This document shows, in pieces, positions 1 through 9,887 of a DNA stretch of 64,000 nucleotides; the first letter of the stretch is position 1, and the number at the start of each line of letters is the position of its first letter. Source of the stretch: an uncultured Alphaproteobacteria bacterium (GTDB lineage Bacteria > Pseudomonadota > Alphaproteobacteria > GCA-2731375). The position numbers and the translations under genes were made by a program. The notes under the pieces are model-generated. The model saw only the letters and a program-made list of their open reading frames with translations. It was not told where the DNA came from and ran no database searches. The stretch lies in the NCBI GenBank assembly GCA_951812805.1, contig CATOSZ010000008.1:136137-200136 (forward strand). Direction: 5' to 3'.

Positions 1-316
1 CCAGGATCCGACGACGATCTTCAACCTCTTCGGCCTCATTCCCTGGTCGCCGCCGCACTTCTTGATGATCGGCATCTGGCCGTTGTTGATGGGCCTCTCG
101 ATGTTCGCGCAGCAGAAGCTGAACCCGCAGCCGACGGATCCGATCCAGGCCAAGGTGTTCCTTTTCATGCCGATCATCTTCACCTTCATCCTGGCGCCGT
201 TCCCGGCCGGACTGGTGATCTACTGGACCTGGAACAACCTGCTCTCGATCGCCCAGCAGTACGTCATCATGCGGCGCATGGGCGTGCCGATCGGCGGCGG
301 TAAGAAGAAGACGTAA
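1..316 (+). CDS. yidC: membrane protein insertase YidC, C-terminal fragment (gene begins upstream of window)
   Basis: Frame open at the window edge. Hydrophobic C-terminal region (…[23 protein letters not shown]…) and basic KKKT tail typical of YidC. Followed directly by engB, the conserved yidC-engB order. Confidence 0.75.
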   Translation, partial: QDPTTIFNLFGLIPWSPPHFLMIGIWPLLMGLSMFAQQKLNPQPTDPIQAKVFLFMPIIFTFILAPFPAGLVIYWTWNNLLSIAQQYVIMRRMGVPIGGGKKKT

Positions 317-318
317 CC

Positions 319-984
319 ATGGACGGGGAGCTGGATCCGGCGCTCGGCGAAGCGGGCCGGCTGCTGTTCGCGCGCGAGTGCGCCTTCGTCGCCGGCGCCG
401 CCATCGCGACGCAGCTGCCGGCCGACACGCTGCCGGAGGTGGCCTTCGCCGGGCGTTCCAACGTCGGCAAGTCCAGCCTGGTGAACGCGCTCACCGGGCG
501 CAACACGCTGGCCCGCACCTCGAATACGCCGGGGCGGACCCGGCAGGTGAACTTCTTCGATCTCGGCCACCGGCTGATGCTGGTCGACCTGCCGGGCTAT
601 GGCTATGCCCGCGCCTCGAAGGGTGAAATCAAGCGCTGGAATGCGCTGATCCACGACTATCTGCGCGGCCGCGTCTCTTTGCGCCGCGTCGTCGTGCTTA
701 TCGACGCGCGCCGCGGCGTCCGCGAGAGCGATCTCGACGTGATGGCGCGCCTCGACGAGGTCGCCGTGGTCTACCAGGCGGTCCTGACCAAGATCGACAA
801 GCTGCCGGCCGAGGAACTGGAGACGGCCCGCACCGCCGTCGCCCGCGTGCTGCACCGCCGGCCGGCCGCCCATCCCGAGGTGCTCGCCACCTCGAGCCGC
901 GGCGGCGTCGGTATCGCGGCGCTCAGGGCCGAGCTGGCGACGCTTTCCCTGACCCCGAGCGCGAGCTATAAGCCCGAGCCATGA
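319..984 (+). CDS. engB: ribosome biogenesis GTP-binding protein YihA/EngB
   Basis: P-loop [11 protein letters not shown]3 motif DLPGYG and TKIDK G4 motif. ATG at 319, 3 nt after the yidC stop. Confidence 0.85.
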   Translation: MDGELDPALGEAGRLLFARECAFVAGAAIATQLPADTLPEVAFAGRSNVGKSSLVNALTGRNTLARTSNTPGRTRQVNFFDLGHRLMLVDLPGYGYARASKGEIKRWNALIHDYLRGRVSLRRVVVLIDARRGVRESDLDVMARLDEVAVVYQAVLTKIDKLPAEELETARTAVARVLHRRPAAHPEVLATSSRGGVGIAALRAELATLSLTPSASYKPEP

Positions 985-1886
985 GCAAGACGACACCCGA
1001 TGTGAACGACGCCCAGCAGACCGCCCGGACGCTCTCCGAGGCGCTGCCCTACCTGCGCCGCTTCGCCGGCGAGACCTTCGTCGTGAAGTATGGCGGCCAT
1101 GCCATGGGCTCGCCTGAACTGGCAGCGCACTTCGCCGAGGACGTCGCCCTGCTGGCGCAGATCGGCATCAAGCCGGTGGTGGTACACGGCGGCGGCCCGC
1201 AGATCGGCGCGATGCTGGAGCGGTTGGCGATCCAGAGCAGTTTCGTCGACGGCCTGAGGGTCACCGACCAGGCGACGGTCGAGATCGTCGAAATGGTGCT
1301 TTCCGGTTCGATCAACAAGCAGGTGGTGGGCGCCATCAACCAGGCCGGCGGCCGGGCGATCGGCATCTCCGGCAAGGACGGCCGGCTGATCGAGGCACGC
1401 AAGCTGGAACGCAAGGTCAAGGACCCCGACAGCAACATCGAAAAGGTGCTCGACCTCGGCTTCGTCGGCGAGCCGTCCCGCATCAACGCGGCGGTGCTGC
1501 GCGACCTGAGCGCGGCGAACGTCATCCCGGTGGTCGCCCCCATCGGCTTCGGCGCGGGCGGTGAGACCTACAACATCAACGCCGACACGGCGGCGGGCGC
1601 CATCGCGGCCGAGCTCAAGGCGAGCAAGCTGTTGATGCTGACCGACATCGCCGGCGTGCTCGACGGCGAGGGCAACCTGGTGAGCGACCTGACGCCCGAC
1701 CGGGCGCGCGGGCTGATCGAGGACGGCACGATCTCCGGCGGCATGATCCCCAAGATCGAGACCTGCCTGGACGCCATGGCCGGCGGCGTGGAAGCGGCGC
1801 AGATCGTCGACGGCCGGGTGCCCCGGGTCCTGCTGATCGAGCTGTTCACGGAGGCCGGCATCGGCACTAAGATCCACCATTACTAG
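981..1886 (+). CDS. argB: acetylglutamate kinase
   Basis: Amino-acid kinase fold (VVKYGG…[10 protein letters not shown]…) matching ArgB over full length. ATGA overlap with the engB stop. Confidence 0.9.
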   Translation: MSKTTPDVNDAQQTARTLSEALPYLRRFAGETFVVKYGGHAMGSPELAAHFAEDVALLAQIGIKPVVVHGGGPQIGAMLERLAIQSSFVDGLRVTDQATVEIVEMVLSGSINKQVVGAINQAGGRAIGISGKDGRLIEARKLERKVKDPDSNIEKVLDLGFVGEPSRINAAVLRDLSAANVIPVVAPIGFGAGGETYNINADTAAGAIAAELKASKLLMLTDIAGVLDGEGNLVSDLTPDRARGLIEDGTISGGMIPKIETCLDAMAGGVEAAQIVDGRVPRVLLIELFTEAGIGTKIHHY

Positions 1887-1904
1887 CGGCCTGTCGGACG
1901 CGGG

Positions 1905-2912
1905 GTGGAGATGAGCGCAATCCTGACGACGGAGATCGCAGGCCCGGCCGCCTGGCGCGGCCAGGCGTTGGCGCGCGACACGGCCTGGTGTCACGAGCTG
2001 AGCCGGGCGGAAATCGCCGCGCTCGATTCCGCGCTCGCATCCGTTCTGCGGGCTGGCAAACGGTTTCCCGACTTCACCAAGGCGGATTTCCCGCTGCCCG
2101 CCTGGCAGGCGACCCTGGCGCGCCTGGCGGACGAGCTCGAGAACGGTCGCGGTTTCCAGCTCATGCGGGGGCTGCCGATCGATCGATACAGCGAGGACGA
2201 GATCGACATCGCCTTCTACGGCATCGGCCTCAATCTCGGCCTTCCGGTACGCCAGAACCCGCAGGGCGACCTGCTCGGGCGGGTAATGAACGTGGGCGAT
2301 CCGAACGATCGGGCCACGCGCGTTTACGAGACGAACGCCTATCTGCCCTATCATGCGGACCCGTCCGATGTGGTCGGACTTCTCTGTGTGCGCCGGGCGA
2401 GCTCCGGCGGCGTCAGCAGTCTCGTCAGCTTCGCGAGCGTCTACAACGAGTTGCTGCGGTGCCACCGCGAGTACCTCGGCCTGTTCTATCGGCATTGGTA
2501 CTACGCGCACCTCGGCGAGGATTTGCCCAGCCTGACGCCTCTGTTCAGCTATCACGAAGGCAAGCTCGCCTTTCGTTACCTACGTCAGTACATCGAACTC
2601 GGCCACGATGTGATGGAGAGGCCGCTCTCCGCGGTCGAGATCGAAGCGTTGGACCTCTTCGATGCCATCACGCACCGCGACGACATGCGTCTCGACATGC
2701 TGCTCGAGCCGGGCGATCTGCAGTGGGTGAACAACTACACCGTTCTCCATTCGCGGACCGCCTTCGTGGACGGGGACGATCCCGCGCACCATCGCCGGAA
2801 GCTGCGCTTGTGGCTGCAGATGGCCAATGCCCGCAAGCTCGCCCCCGACTTCCCGGGTCGCAACGGCTTTCCGTCGCGAGCATCCGAACGGCACCGGACG
2901 ACTTCGGGTTAG
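1905..2912 (+). CDS. TauD/TfdA-family Fe(II)/2-oxoglutarate-dependent dioxygenase
   Basis: 335-aa ORF with an H-x-D…H facial triad context (YHADPSD … VLHSRT) and the overall layout of clavaminate-synthase-like TauD-family enzymes. Start is ambiguous (GTG 1905 or ATG 1911). Confidence 0.65.
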   Translation: MEMSAILTTEIAGPAAWRGQALARDTAWCHELSRAEIAALDSALASVLRAGKRFPDFTKADFPLPAWQATLARLADELENGRGFQLMRGLPIDRYSEDEIDIAFYGIGLNLGLPVRQNPQGDLLGRVMNVGDPNDRATRVYETNAYLPYHADPSDVVGLLCVRRASSGGVSSLVSFASVYNELLRCHREYLGLFYRHWYYAHLGEDLPSLTPLFSYHEGKLAFRYLRQYIELGHDVMERPLSAVEIEALDLFDAITHRDDMRLDMLLEPGDLQWVNNYTVLHSRTAFVDGDDPAHHRRKLRLWLQMANARKLAPDFPGRNGFPSRASERHRTTSG

Positions 2913-2953
2913 GATCCCCCATCGCCCGCGCCCAAGATCCGGAGGGATAGGCC

Positions 2954-4303
2954 ATGGCGCCGATCGTCACCGACCGAGCCAACCAGCTGGATCCCGCCCT
3001 GGTTCTGGGGTTCACCAACCTGCCCGAACTGCGCGAGAGGGCGCCGCTGCGCATCACCCGGGGCGAGGGGATCTTCGTCTACGACGAAACCGGCCGCGAC
3101 TATATCGAAGGGGCCTCGTCGTTCTATTGCACCGCGCTCGGCTATTCGGAGGAGGCGCTGATCGAGGCGGCGGCAGCGCAGATGCGGGAATTGCCCTTCT
3201 ACGTCTCCGCCGCGCACCGCACCGTGCCGGTGGTCGAGCGGCTGGCCGAACGGCTGGCGGCCCTGGTGCCGATGGCGGATGCCAAGGTCGCCTTCGCCGC
3301 GACGGGCTCGGAGGCCAACGACGCGCTGGTCAAGTTCCTCTGGTTTCGCAACAACGCCGTCGGCAAGACGGCGGCGAAAAAGATCGTCGCCCGCGAGGGC
3401 AGCTATCACGGCGGCACCGTTGCCACCGCCAGCCTGACCGGCTGGGGTCGCTATCACGCCGGCTACGACCTGCCGATCGCGCGCATCCTGCATGCCCGCC
3501 AGCCCGATTTCCGCACGCTGGGCGAGGCGGGCGAGAGCGAAGCGGCCTTCGGTGCGCGCATGGTGGCGGAGCTGCGCGCCCTTATCGAAGCGGAGGGGCC
3601 GGAGACGATCGGCGCTTTCTTCGCCGAGCCGGTTTCGACCAGCGCCGGCCTGGCCCTGCCGCCGGAGGGCTATTGGGCCGGTGTCGGCGACTTACTGGCC
3701 GAATACGACATTCTGCTGTTCGACGACGAGGTGGTCACCGGCTTCGGCCGCACGGGCGCCATGTTCGGGGCCGAGACCTTCGCCTTGCGGCCGGATTGCA
3801 TGAGCCTCGCCAAGGCTCTGTCGTCCGCCTACCTGCCGATTTCGGCCGTGGTCATGTCGGGTGAGTTCTACGCGGGGCTGGAACAGGGCAGCGCCGAGGC
3901 CGGCATGTTCACTCACGCCGGCACCTATCACGGCCATCCGGTGCCGGCGGCGGTGGCGCTGCGGGTGCTGGAACTGTTCGAGGAGCGCGACATCCTCGGC
4001 CATGTCCAGCGGATGTCGGCGCCCTTCGCCAAGGCCCTGTCGGACCTGGCGGCGCATCCCCTGGTCGCTGGCCAGCGCGCCGTGGGCCTCGTCGGTGCGC
4101 TCGACCTGATGGCGCCCGCGGACGAGGGAGACGTCGGCACACTTGGCGCGCGTCTCGGCGCGCGGTGCGAGGCGAACGGTCTCTTCGTCCGCCCGGTCGC
4201 GGATTCGGTGGTGCTGGCGCCGCCGCTCGTCATTACGGCGGGCGAAATCGGGGAGATGTTCCGCCGCCTCGCCCGCGCCCTCGATGAAAGCGGGACGGGA
4301 TAG
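2954..4303 (+). CDS. class III (omega-type) PLP-dependent aminotransferase
   Basis: 449 aa with GSEANDALVK and DEVVTGFGRTG motifs of the class III aminotransferase fold. GGAGGG RBS 7 nt upstream of the ATG. Confidence 0.85.
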   Translation: MAPIVTDRANQLDPALVLGFTNLPELRERAPLRITRGEGIFVYDETGRDYIEGASSFYCTALGYSEEALIEAAAAQMRELPFYVSAAHRTVPVVERLAERLAALVPMADAKVAFAATGSEANDALVKFLWFRNNAVGKTAAKKIVAREGSYHGGTVATASLTGWGRYHAGYDLPIARILHARQPDFRTLGEAGESEAAFGARMVAELRALIEAEGPETIGAFFAEPVSTSAGLALPPEGYWAGVGDLLAEYDILLFDDEVVTGFGRTGAMFGAETFALRPDCMSLAKALSSAYLPISAVVMSGEFYAGLEQGSAEAGMFTHAGTYHGHPVPAAVALRVLELFEERDILGHVQRMSAPFAKALSDLAAHPLVAGQRAVGLVGALDLMAPADEGDVGTLGARLGARCEANGLFVRPVADSVVLAPPLVITAGEIGEMFRRLARALDESGTG

Positions 4304-4388
4304 CACCGCGCACCGCGCCTCGCCATTTCGCGGCATCTGCGCTAGGCTCGTGTCAAATCCCACGCCACATTCCAGGAACCGATCTCCC

Positions 4389-5201
4389 ATGAACCAGCGC
4401 TTCCAGCCCAATGCCATCCCCGCCAAGGTCCGCTACATCAACGCCGAATGGCGGGGCCGCGAAGACAGTCCGCGCATCGGCAGTCGGGAATCGCGCCGGG
4501 CCGCGACCTCGTTCCAGGACGTGGGCGTGCACGATGTGCGCGGTGAGTTCGAGGCGGGCGGGATCGACATCGACGTCGCCGGTTTCACGATGACGACCAA
4601 TCCGTCGGCCTGTTCGGACTTTCGCGACGAAGACGCGGTGCAGTCGGCCTATCACCCGGAAATGCAGGACGTCATCAAGCGCGTTACCGGCGCCGACCAT
4701 GTCTTCGTGCGCAGTTATCTCGTCCGCACCGAGACGCCCGTCGACTTCAACGACGGCTACGCCCGCTTCGTCCATTGCGACTACAACATCGCCCGCAGCA
4801 CCGAAATGGCGCTCGAAGTCCTGGAGGCGCAGGGGGTCGAGCCGAAGGAAAACTGGGTCTTCGCCTGGTACAATACCTGGCAGCCGTTCGACAATCCGGT
4901 GCAGAAGAACCCGCTGGCGATGATCGATTGCCGCACGCTGCCGGCCGAAGATGTGATCGACTATTACTATACGGGCCGGGGCCGCGACAGCCTGGTCGCC
5001 GCCCCCGTTCACAGCACCGAGCACCGCTGGTGCTATATGGCCGACATGACGACGGACGAGGTGTTGATCATCAAGCAACTCGATTCGCGCCCGGACCGGA
5101 CCTGCTATTGCCCGCATACCTCCTTCGACATCCCGGGCACCGACGACCTGCTGCCCCGCCGCTCGATCGAAACCCGCATGCTGGCCGCGTTCGAGGTATA
5201 G
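4389..5201 (+). CDS. hypothetical protein, possibly CmcJ/AsaB-like hydroxylase family
   Basis: 270-aa ORF co-oriented and 85 bp downstream of the aminotransferase. Family assignment is from memory of CmcJ-like bacterial proteins and is tentative. Confidence 0.45.
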   Translation: MNQRFQPNAIPAKVRYINAEWRGREDSPRIGSRESRRAATSFQDVGVHDVRGEFEAGGIDIDVAGFTMTTNPSACSDFRDEDAVQSAYHPEMQDVIKRVTGADHVFVRSYLVRTETPVDFNDGYARFVHCDYNIARSTEMALEVLEAQGVEPKENWVFAWYNTWQPFDNPVQKNPLAMIDCRTLPAEDVIDYYYTGRGRDSLVAAPVHSTEHRWCYMADMTTDEVLIIKQLDSRPDRTCYCPHTSFDIPGTDDLLPRRSIETRMLAAFEV

Positions 5202-5289
5202 GCGGAACGCGGTCTCCTATCTGCTCTCGTGCGGCCCGACCCGGCGCTGTCGTGCCGAGTCGGCGCGGGCTCGAAACGATCCGGCGACC

Positions 5290-6162
5290 TCAGTGCAGCT
5301 TCCTCTGAGCTGCGTCCCCGCTCGCGAGGACGCGGTCCGCGGGGAGGCGGATCTGGACGGTCGTGCCCTCGCCCGGCGTACTTTCCATGGCCAGCGTGCC
5401 ACCGTGGAGTTCGACCAGGCCCTTGCTCAACGGTAGGCCCAGTCCTGTGCCGTCGTAGGTCCGAACATAACGGTCCTCGAGCTGGCGGAATGGTTCCAAC
5501 GCCGAGGGCAGCTGCGCCGGCGTCATGCCGATCCCGTCGTCGCAAATCGATATCCGGAGATCCCCGTTGGGCTCGATCGCCGCCGTCATGGCGATGTGTC
5601 CGCCGTCGGGCGTGAACTTCACGGCATTCGACAACAGGTTCAACAGGACCTGGCGGAGCTTGCGAACGTCGACGCGGACCCGAACGTTCGCGATGTCGTT
5701 TGTCGCGAGATCGTGTCGATGCTCGCGGATGCGGCCCGTGACCATGCGCACGCAACCGTCGACGAGCACATCCAGGGCGATCTCCTCTTCGTCGAGTTCC
5801 GCCCGTCCGGATTCGATCTTGGAGAGATCGAGGAGGTCGTTCAGCACCTGAAGCAGATGTTGCCCCGACGCATGGATGGACTTCGCGTAATCGATATAGG
5901 TCTCGGACCCCAGGCGGCCGAGAATTTGCTGTGCCATGGTTTCCGAAAAGCCGAGTATCGCGTTGAGGGGCGTCAGCAGTTCGTGGCTCATATGGGCGAG
6001 GAAGTCCGACTTCGCCTCGTTCGCGCGCACCGCCGTATCTCGCGCCTGTTCCAAGGCCTGCGCGGCACGAACCTCGACGGTGATGTCGCGCCCCGTGCCA
6101 CGGTAACCCAGGAATCGGCCGTTCGCATTGTGCACCGGCTTGCCGTTGATCGACCACCAGGT
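5290..6162 (-). pseudogene. sensor histidine kinase, C-terminal fragment (PAS remainder + HisKA + HATPase_c), separated from its 5' part by an IS insertion
   Basis: HisKA H-box (FLAHMSHELLTPLN) and N/G1/G2 ATPase boxes (LLSNAVKFT, DDGIGM, GTGLGL). The fragment opens with a GTG that lies inside the IS terminal repeat. Confidence 0.8.
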
Positions 6163-7277
6163 GTCCAGGTTCACTACATATGAGACGACGAGGTCTTCTT
6201 GGCTGTGATCTGTCGAAGGTACTCCTCGGGGGTTTTGCCTTTCAAGGCTCCATGAGGCCTGAAGGTGTTGTAGATGTTGGCGAACTTGTCGATCTGTGGG
6301 TTTAGTTTGTCGAGCTGGTCCTCGATGTCATGGCAGGCGTAGAACTCGTAGCGCCATGCGCCGTTGGCTCGCTCGACGCCGCCATTGAGCTGCGGCGTCC
6401 TCGGCGGCAAGACATAGACGGGGATCTTTCGGCTCTCGCAGGCGGCCTCGAACTCGGCCATGAACTCGGATCCACCGTCGACCTGGATGGCCTTCACGGG
6501 GAAGGGCAGGTCGGCCACGAGTTTGTCGAGGAAACTCTCGGCGTTCCTGGCGGTCGCTCTGCGGAAGGCCTTGGCACAGGTGAAGCGGCTGACGGGATCG
6601 TAGGCGGTGAACTGCTTGACCGTGCGCTCGCCGGCCGGCGTGATGCTCAAGGTGTCGAGCTGGACCAGATCGCCGGGGGCCGTTGCCTTCATCCCCTTCG
6701 GCAAACGCTTGGCGTGTGGGCGCTTGGCTCTCTTGCCCTTGGCGCGTCGTCGCGCCACGGGCACCGGCACAACGACGCCGCGCGCGACCAGATGGGCGAG
6801 CATGCGACCAACGGTGCTGTCCGACAAGGTGAAGCCCTCTCGGCGCAGCAGCGGTCCGAGCTTGGCCTTGCCCCACATCGGGAAGTCGCGGCGCAGCCGT
6901 TCAAGCCGACGCAGCACCGCACTCGACCACTCTCGGCGACGACGGCGGCGAGGCGCGCGCGAGCGCGGCTCCAACCGCTCGTCCCAGCGATAGAGCGTGC
7001 TACGCGGCACGCCCACCGCCTGGGCCGCCGCCTCGGCCGTCAAGCCGTCACGCCGGGCCCGATGCCAACGCCGGACGGCGTCGCGTCTGAACGCTACGCA
7101 TTTAGTGTCGGGCTCCGCGTTCAGACGCGACGCCGTCCTCCAACCCCTGATAACATGTCGGGGCAGGCCAAAAACCTGCATGGGGATCTCCTTCAAGCTG
7201 TTGGTCTCGCAACTCACAGCTTCGGAGATCCCCGCCTCTGCCGCCAGAGGCGCGTCTCACATCTATCTGAACCTAGT
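6163..7277 (-). mobile_element. IS481-family-like insertion sequence (~1115 bp) flanked by an 8-bp direct repeat CACCAGGT
   Basis: Imperfect terminal inverted repeats (GTCCAGGTTCACTACATATGAGACG at the left end; reverse complement of the right end is ACTAGGTTCAGATAGATGTGAGACG). CACCAGGT occurs at 6155-6162 and 7278-7285. A single rve-type DDE transposase ORF lies inside. Confidence 0.75.
6174..7217 (-). CDS. IS481-family DDE transposase (integrase core with N-terminal HTH)
   Basis: HTH motif (GVPRSTLYRWDERL) followed by an rve integrase core (…DTLSITPAGE…VDGGSEF…). The ORF reads to the end of the element. The true start may be the internal Met near 7181. Confidence 0.75.
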   Translation of the reverse strand: MSCETNSLKEIPMQVFGLPRHVIRGWRTASRLNAEPDTKCVAFRRDAVRRWHRARRDGLTAEAAAQAVGVPRSTLYRWDERLEPRSRAPRRRRRREWSSAVLRRLERLRRDFPMWGKAKLGPLLRREGFTLSDSTVGRMLAHLVARGVVVPVPVARRRAKGKRAKRPHAKRLPKGMKATAPGDLVQLDTLSITPAGERTVKQFTAYDPVSRFTCAKAFRRATARNAESFLDKLVADLPFPVKAIQVDGGSEFMAEFEAACESRKIPVYVLPPRTPQLNGGVERANGAWRYEFYACHDIEDQLDKLNPQIDKFANIYNTFRPHGALKGKTPEEYLRQITAKKTSSSHM

Positions 7278-8593
7278 CACCAGGTCGTGTCGCCGCGCGA
7301 GTCCCGGGCCGGGTAGCGGTAGTCGCGAAACGGGCGCCGTGCCTCCAGGCCGGCGAGATACGAGGACCGGCTGACCGCGACCACGTGCTCCTGTCGATCG
7401 ACGTCGTCGCCGAGCGCATCGAGTTTCGCTCCGATCACGAGGCCGCCGGGATCCAGCCGATCTTCGGACTGGCGTTCGGTGGTCTCGACGACAACCAACG
7501 TGTCGTCGGCCTGCCAATGGCGGTCCGAGGCGACCTCGGCGAAATCCCGGTACCGCGCCTCGCTCTCGCCGAGCCGACGGGCCGCCGCTTCCATGGCGTG
7601 ACGACGGGATCGCTGCACCACGACCACCGAGAGGATCGAGAAGGTCAGCACGAAGGGCAGGAGGAACAACATGACCACGGCCGGCAAGTGAACGTCGTCC
7701 ATATGCGCGGATCGGCTTGCCGACAGCTCGTGCCCGATGCCATGCAGAGCAATGTTTCGTCGCGCCTGAAGAAGCGGAAGCAGCCCGCCCGTGTTCGCGT
7801 GATCGGAACCCGCGACGGAGATCAGCGGCCGAGACGCGGTGGGCGACGTCAACTGCCAGTCGATCCGCCGGTCCATGGCCCGGATCGGAACCTCGCCTAT
7901 CGAAACATCGATGGCAATGAAGCCGTCGGCCTGGGCGCGTCGCGTAGCCGCCGTCTCCGGCACGACGTGGCCCAGATAGACGGCCTTGAACACGGTGTAG
8001 CCGTAGACGCCATTCGCCAGGTCCCGACCCCCGGTGGCGATGATGGTGCCGCTGGAAAGGGCGCGTGCGGCGGGCGGCCACAAGGCCTCGTCGGTGGCGA
8101 TGTCGTGACCTAGCGTCATGGCGAGACGCGGCGTGAGCGGATAGGCGGCACGCAGGGGATAGAGCCGATCCGGACCCACGGACGGCACGATGCGCCCCTC
8201 GGCGTTCCGGCGCCAAATCCGATACTGGGTAAAACCCTGGCCGCGGATCTCGGCCTCGAAACTCTCGCGCGCGGCAGGTGGCACGACGTCGACGCGCAGA
8301 ATGGCGTCGATGAATGGATAGGCCGCCGTAATGTCGTCGGCGAGGACCGCGAACTCGTGATCACCGAGGCCGTCGCTCGCATGATACAGGCCGGCGAGCG
8401 ACGTCAAGACGGCGTTGCTGGCGGTCACGCGGTCGTTGATCTGTTGGGCGAGCGTATCGACGGCGGCGTGAAAGCCGCGCTCCGCCTCCGACAGGTCGTT
8501 GGCCATGGCAAGCCAGGCGAGGCTGGCACCGGCCAGGACGCTGAGCGCCGTGCCGAGGAGCAGCGAGGCGCGAGAGAAAGGCGGGTTAGCCAC
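7278..8593 (-). pseudogene. sensor histidine kinase, N-terminal fragment (TM - CHASE periplasmic domain - TM - start of PAS), interrupted by the IS481-family element
   Basis: Putative GTG start at 8593, 2 nt after the upstream gene stop. TM1, a ~260-aa CHASE-like periplasmic region, TM2 (LPAVVMLFLLPFVLTFSILSVVVV), then a PAS N-terminus ending …RGDTTW at the IS junction. Confidence 0.75.
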
Positions 8594-9566
8594 CACCGTC
8601 TCTCGGCACCTTCTTCGCCTTGCGCATGACATCCGTGGGCACCGAGACGCCGGCGTTGTCGGCCAGGACTTCGTTGACCCACACTTCGACCCGACGATTG
8701 GCCACGATCGGGATCGCATCGGGTCGGGTTCCGGCGAAGATCTCCCGCGCCACCAGCCCGGCCCATTCGCCTTGCTCCTCCGGCACCTTGACGATACCGA
8801 GGGTTGCGAAACGCATCATCCAGCCATGATTGGTAACGCTCAGACGTTGCGTCGCGCCTTCCACGGCGGTGGCGATGCGATCCGCGTCCCAATCGACGAT
8901 GCCGGCGTTGGAGCCGAGAATGACGAAATCCGCCGACTGGGCGCGTTCATAGACCTCGAGCCATGCATCGCCGTCGGGTACCAGAGCGCTCGACAGCCGC
9001 AAGCCCGCGTCTCGTGCCGCCTTCTCGAACCGCGCGAGGTTCTTCCGCTCGGTCAAGGTATCGGCACCGATATAAAAGGCGGTCGCGGCGTCGGGCACGA
9101 TGTGGCGCGCCCGCATGATAAGGGGCCCGATGGGCGCCACTTCGATCATGCCCGTGACGTTGGAATAGGGAAATCCGTATTCCTCGGCAGTCCAGTTCAC
9201 ACCGGTGAAGACGATCGGCGGTCCGGTGTCGCGGAAGTAGGGGACGATGAGGTACTTCGCCGCGTTGTCGTCCGCCGTGACGACGATGTCAGGCCGCCAT
9301 TCGTCGATCAACGATTTCGCCGCACGCGCCCGTTCTCGCTTTTCGGCCTCGCTCTTGCGCCGCTTGGTATCCATGTCGAACTGGCGGAATTCGCAGTGCG
9401 GCTCGAGCGTGCGCCGCAGGCCGCGTTCGACCCCGTCTGACCAGGCATAGCCTTTGTGGTAGGAGGAAATGAACAGGCATTTCACGTGCGTGTCGGCGCG
9501 GCCTGTCGATGCCGACAGAACGATGGCGAAGAGTCCCACCGTCAGAACACGGATAGCAGAGCCCAC
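8586..9566 (-). CDS. periplasmic ABC-transporter-substrate-binding-like protein (ABC_sub_bind/YcfK-like), probable sensory partner of the downstream kinase
   Basis: N-terminal signal peptide (MGSAIRVLTVGLFAIVLSASTGRA). Fold is consistent with the uncharacterised periplasmic-binding family often paired with signalling proteins. The stop lies 2 nt before the kinase start. Confidence 0.6.
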   Translation of the reverse strand: MGSAIRVLTVGLFAIVLSASTGRADTHVKCLFISSYHKGYAWSDGVERGLRRTLEPHCEFRQFDMDTKRRKSEAEKRERARAAKSLIDEWRPDIVVTADDNAAKYLIVPYFRDTGPPIVFTGVNWTAEEYGFPYSNVTGMIEVAPIGPLIMRARHIVPDAATAFYIGADTLTERKNLARFEKAARDAGLRLSSALVPDGDAWLEVYERAQSADFVILGSNAGIVDWDADRIATAVEGATQRLSVTNHGWMMRFATLGIVKVPEEQGEWAGLVAREIFAGTRPDAIPIVANRRVEVWVNEVLADNAGVSVPTDVMRKAKKVPRDGGG

Positions 9567-9887
9567 GTCTCGACGCTCCCGTTTCTCGTCTGGCGATGCC
9601 AGTCGAAAACGCCCTCTTGAACCCTCGCGTTTTTCGCGTTCTTGTCGTCAGCATATCAAGAAACAGGCATGCCCGTCCAGGATATCGCACTGGAACTGGA
9701 CGGCCACGATCGGGGCGAGGATTATCGGCGAGCGGCTGGAGATGATCTCTGTCGACGGCGGCCAGGGGCTCTTGGCCGCCCTGCCGATGCTCTGGTCGCA
9801 GATTCCCTGTGCAGCGCTCCTGGGCCCGCGCCGATCGCGACGTCGAGATACTCGGACAGGCGGGAATGCCAGGTTGGCTTTGCGGGG

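Noticed and set aside
1890-1910. Search for a direct repeat of the tRNA-Ala 3' end (…GGTTCGATTCCGCCTGGCTCCACCA) at the far edge of the accessory block (also checked around 5200-5290 and 9570-9890)
   Set aside because: No convincing partial copy seen by eye, so an att-bounded island could not be supported.
5202-5289. Short GC-rich inverted repeat between the CmcJ-like gene and the kinase 3' end, considered as a bidirectional terminator
   Set aside because: The stem is imperfect and lacks a clear T/A tract. Too weak to call.
9595-9640. Hairpin CGAAAACGC…GCGTTTTTCG considered as a terminator
   Set aside because: There is no upstream plus-strand gene. On the minus strand there is no trailing U-tract.
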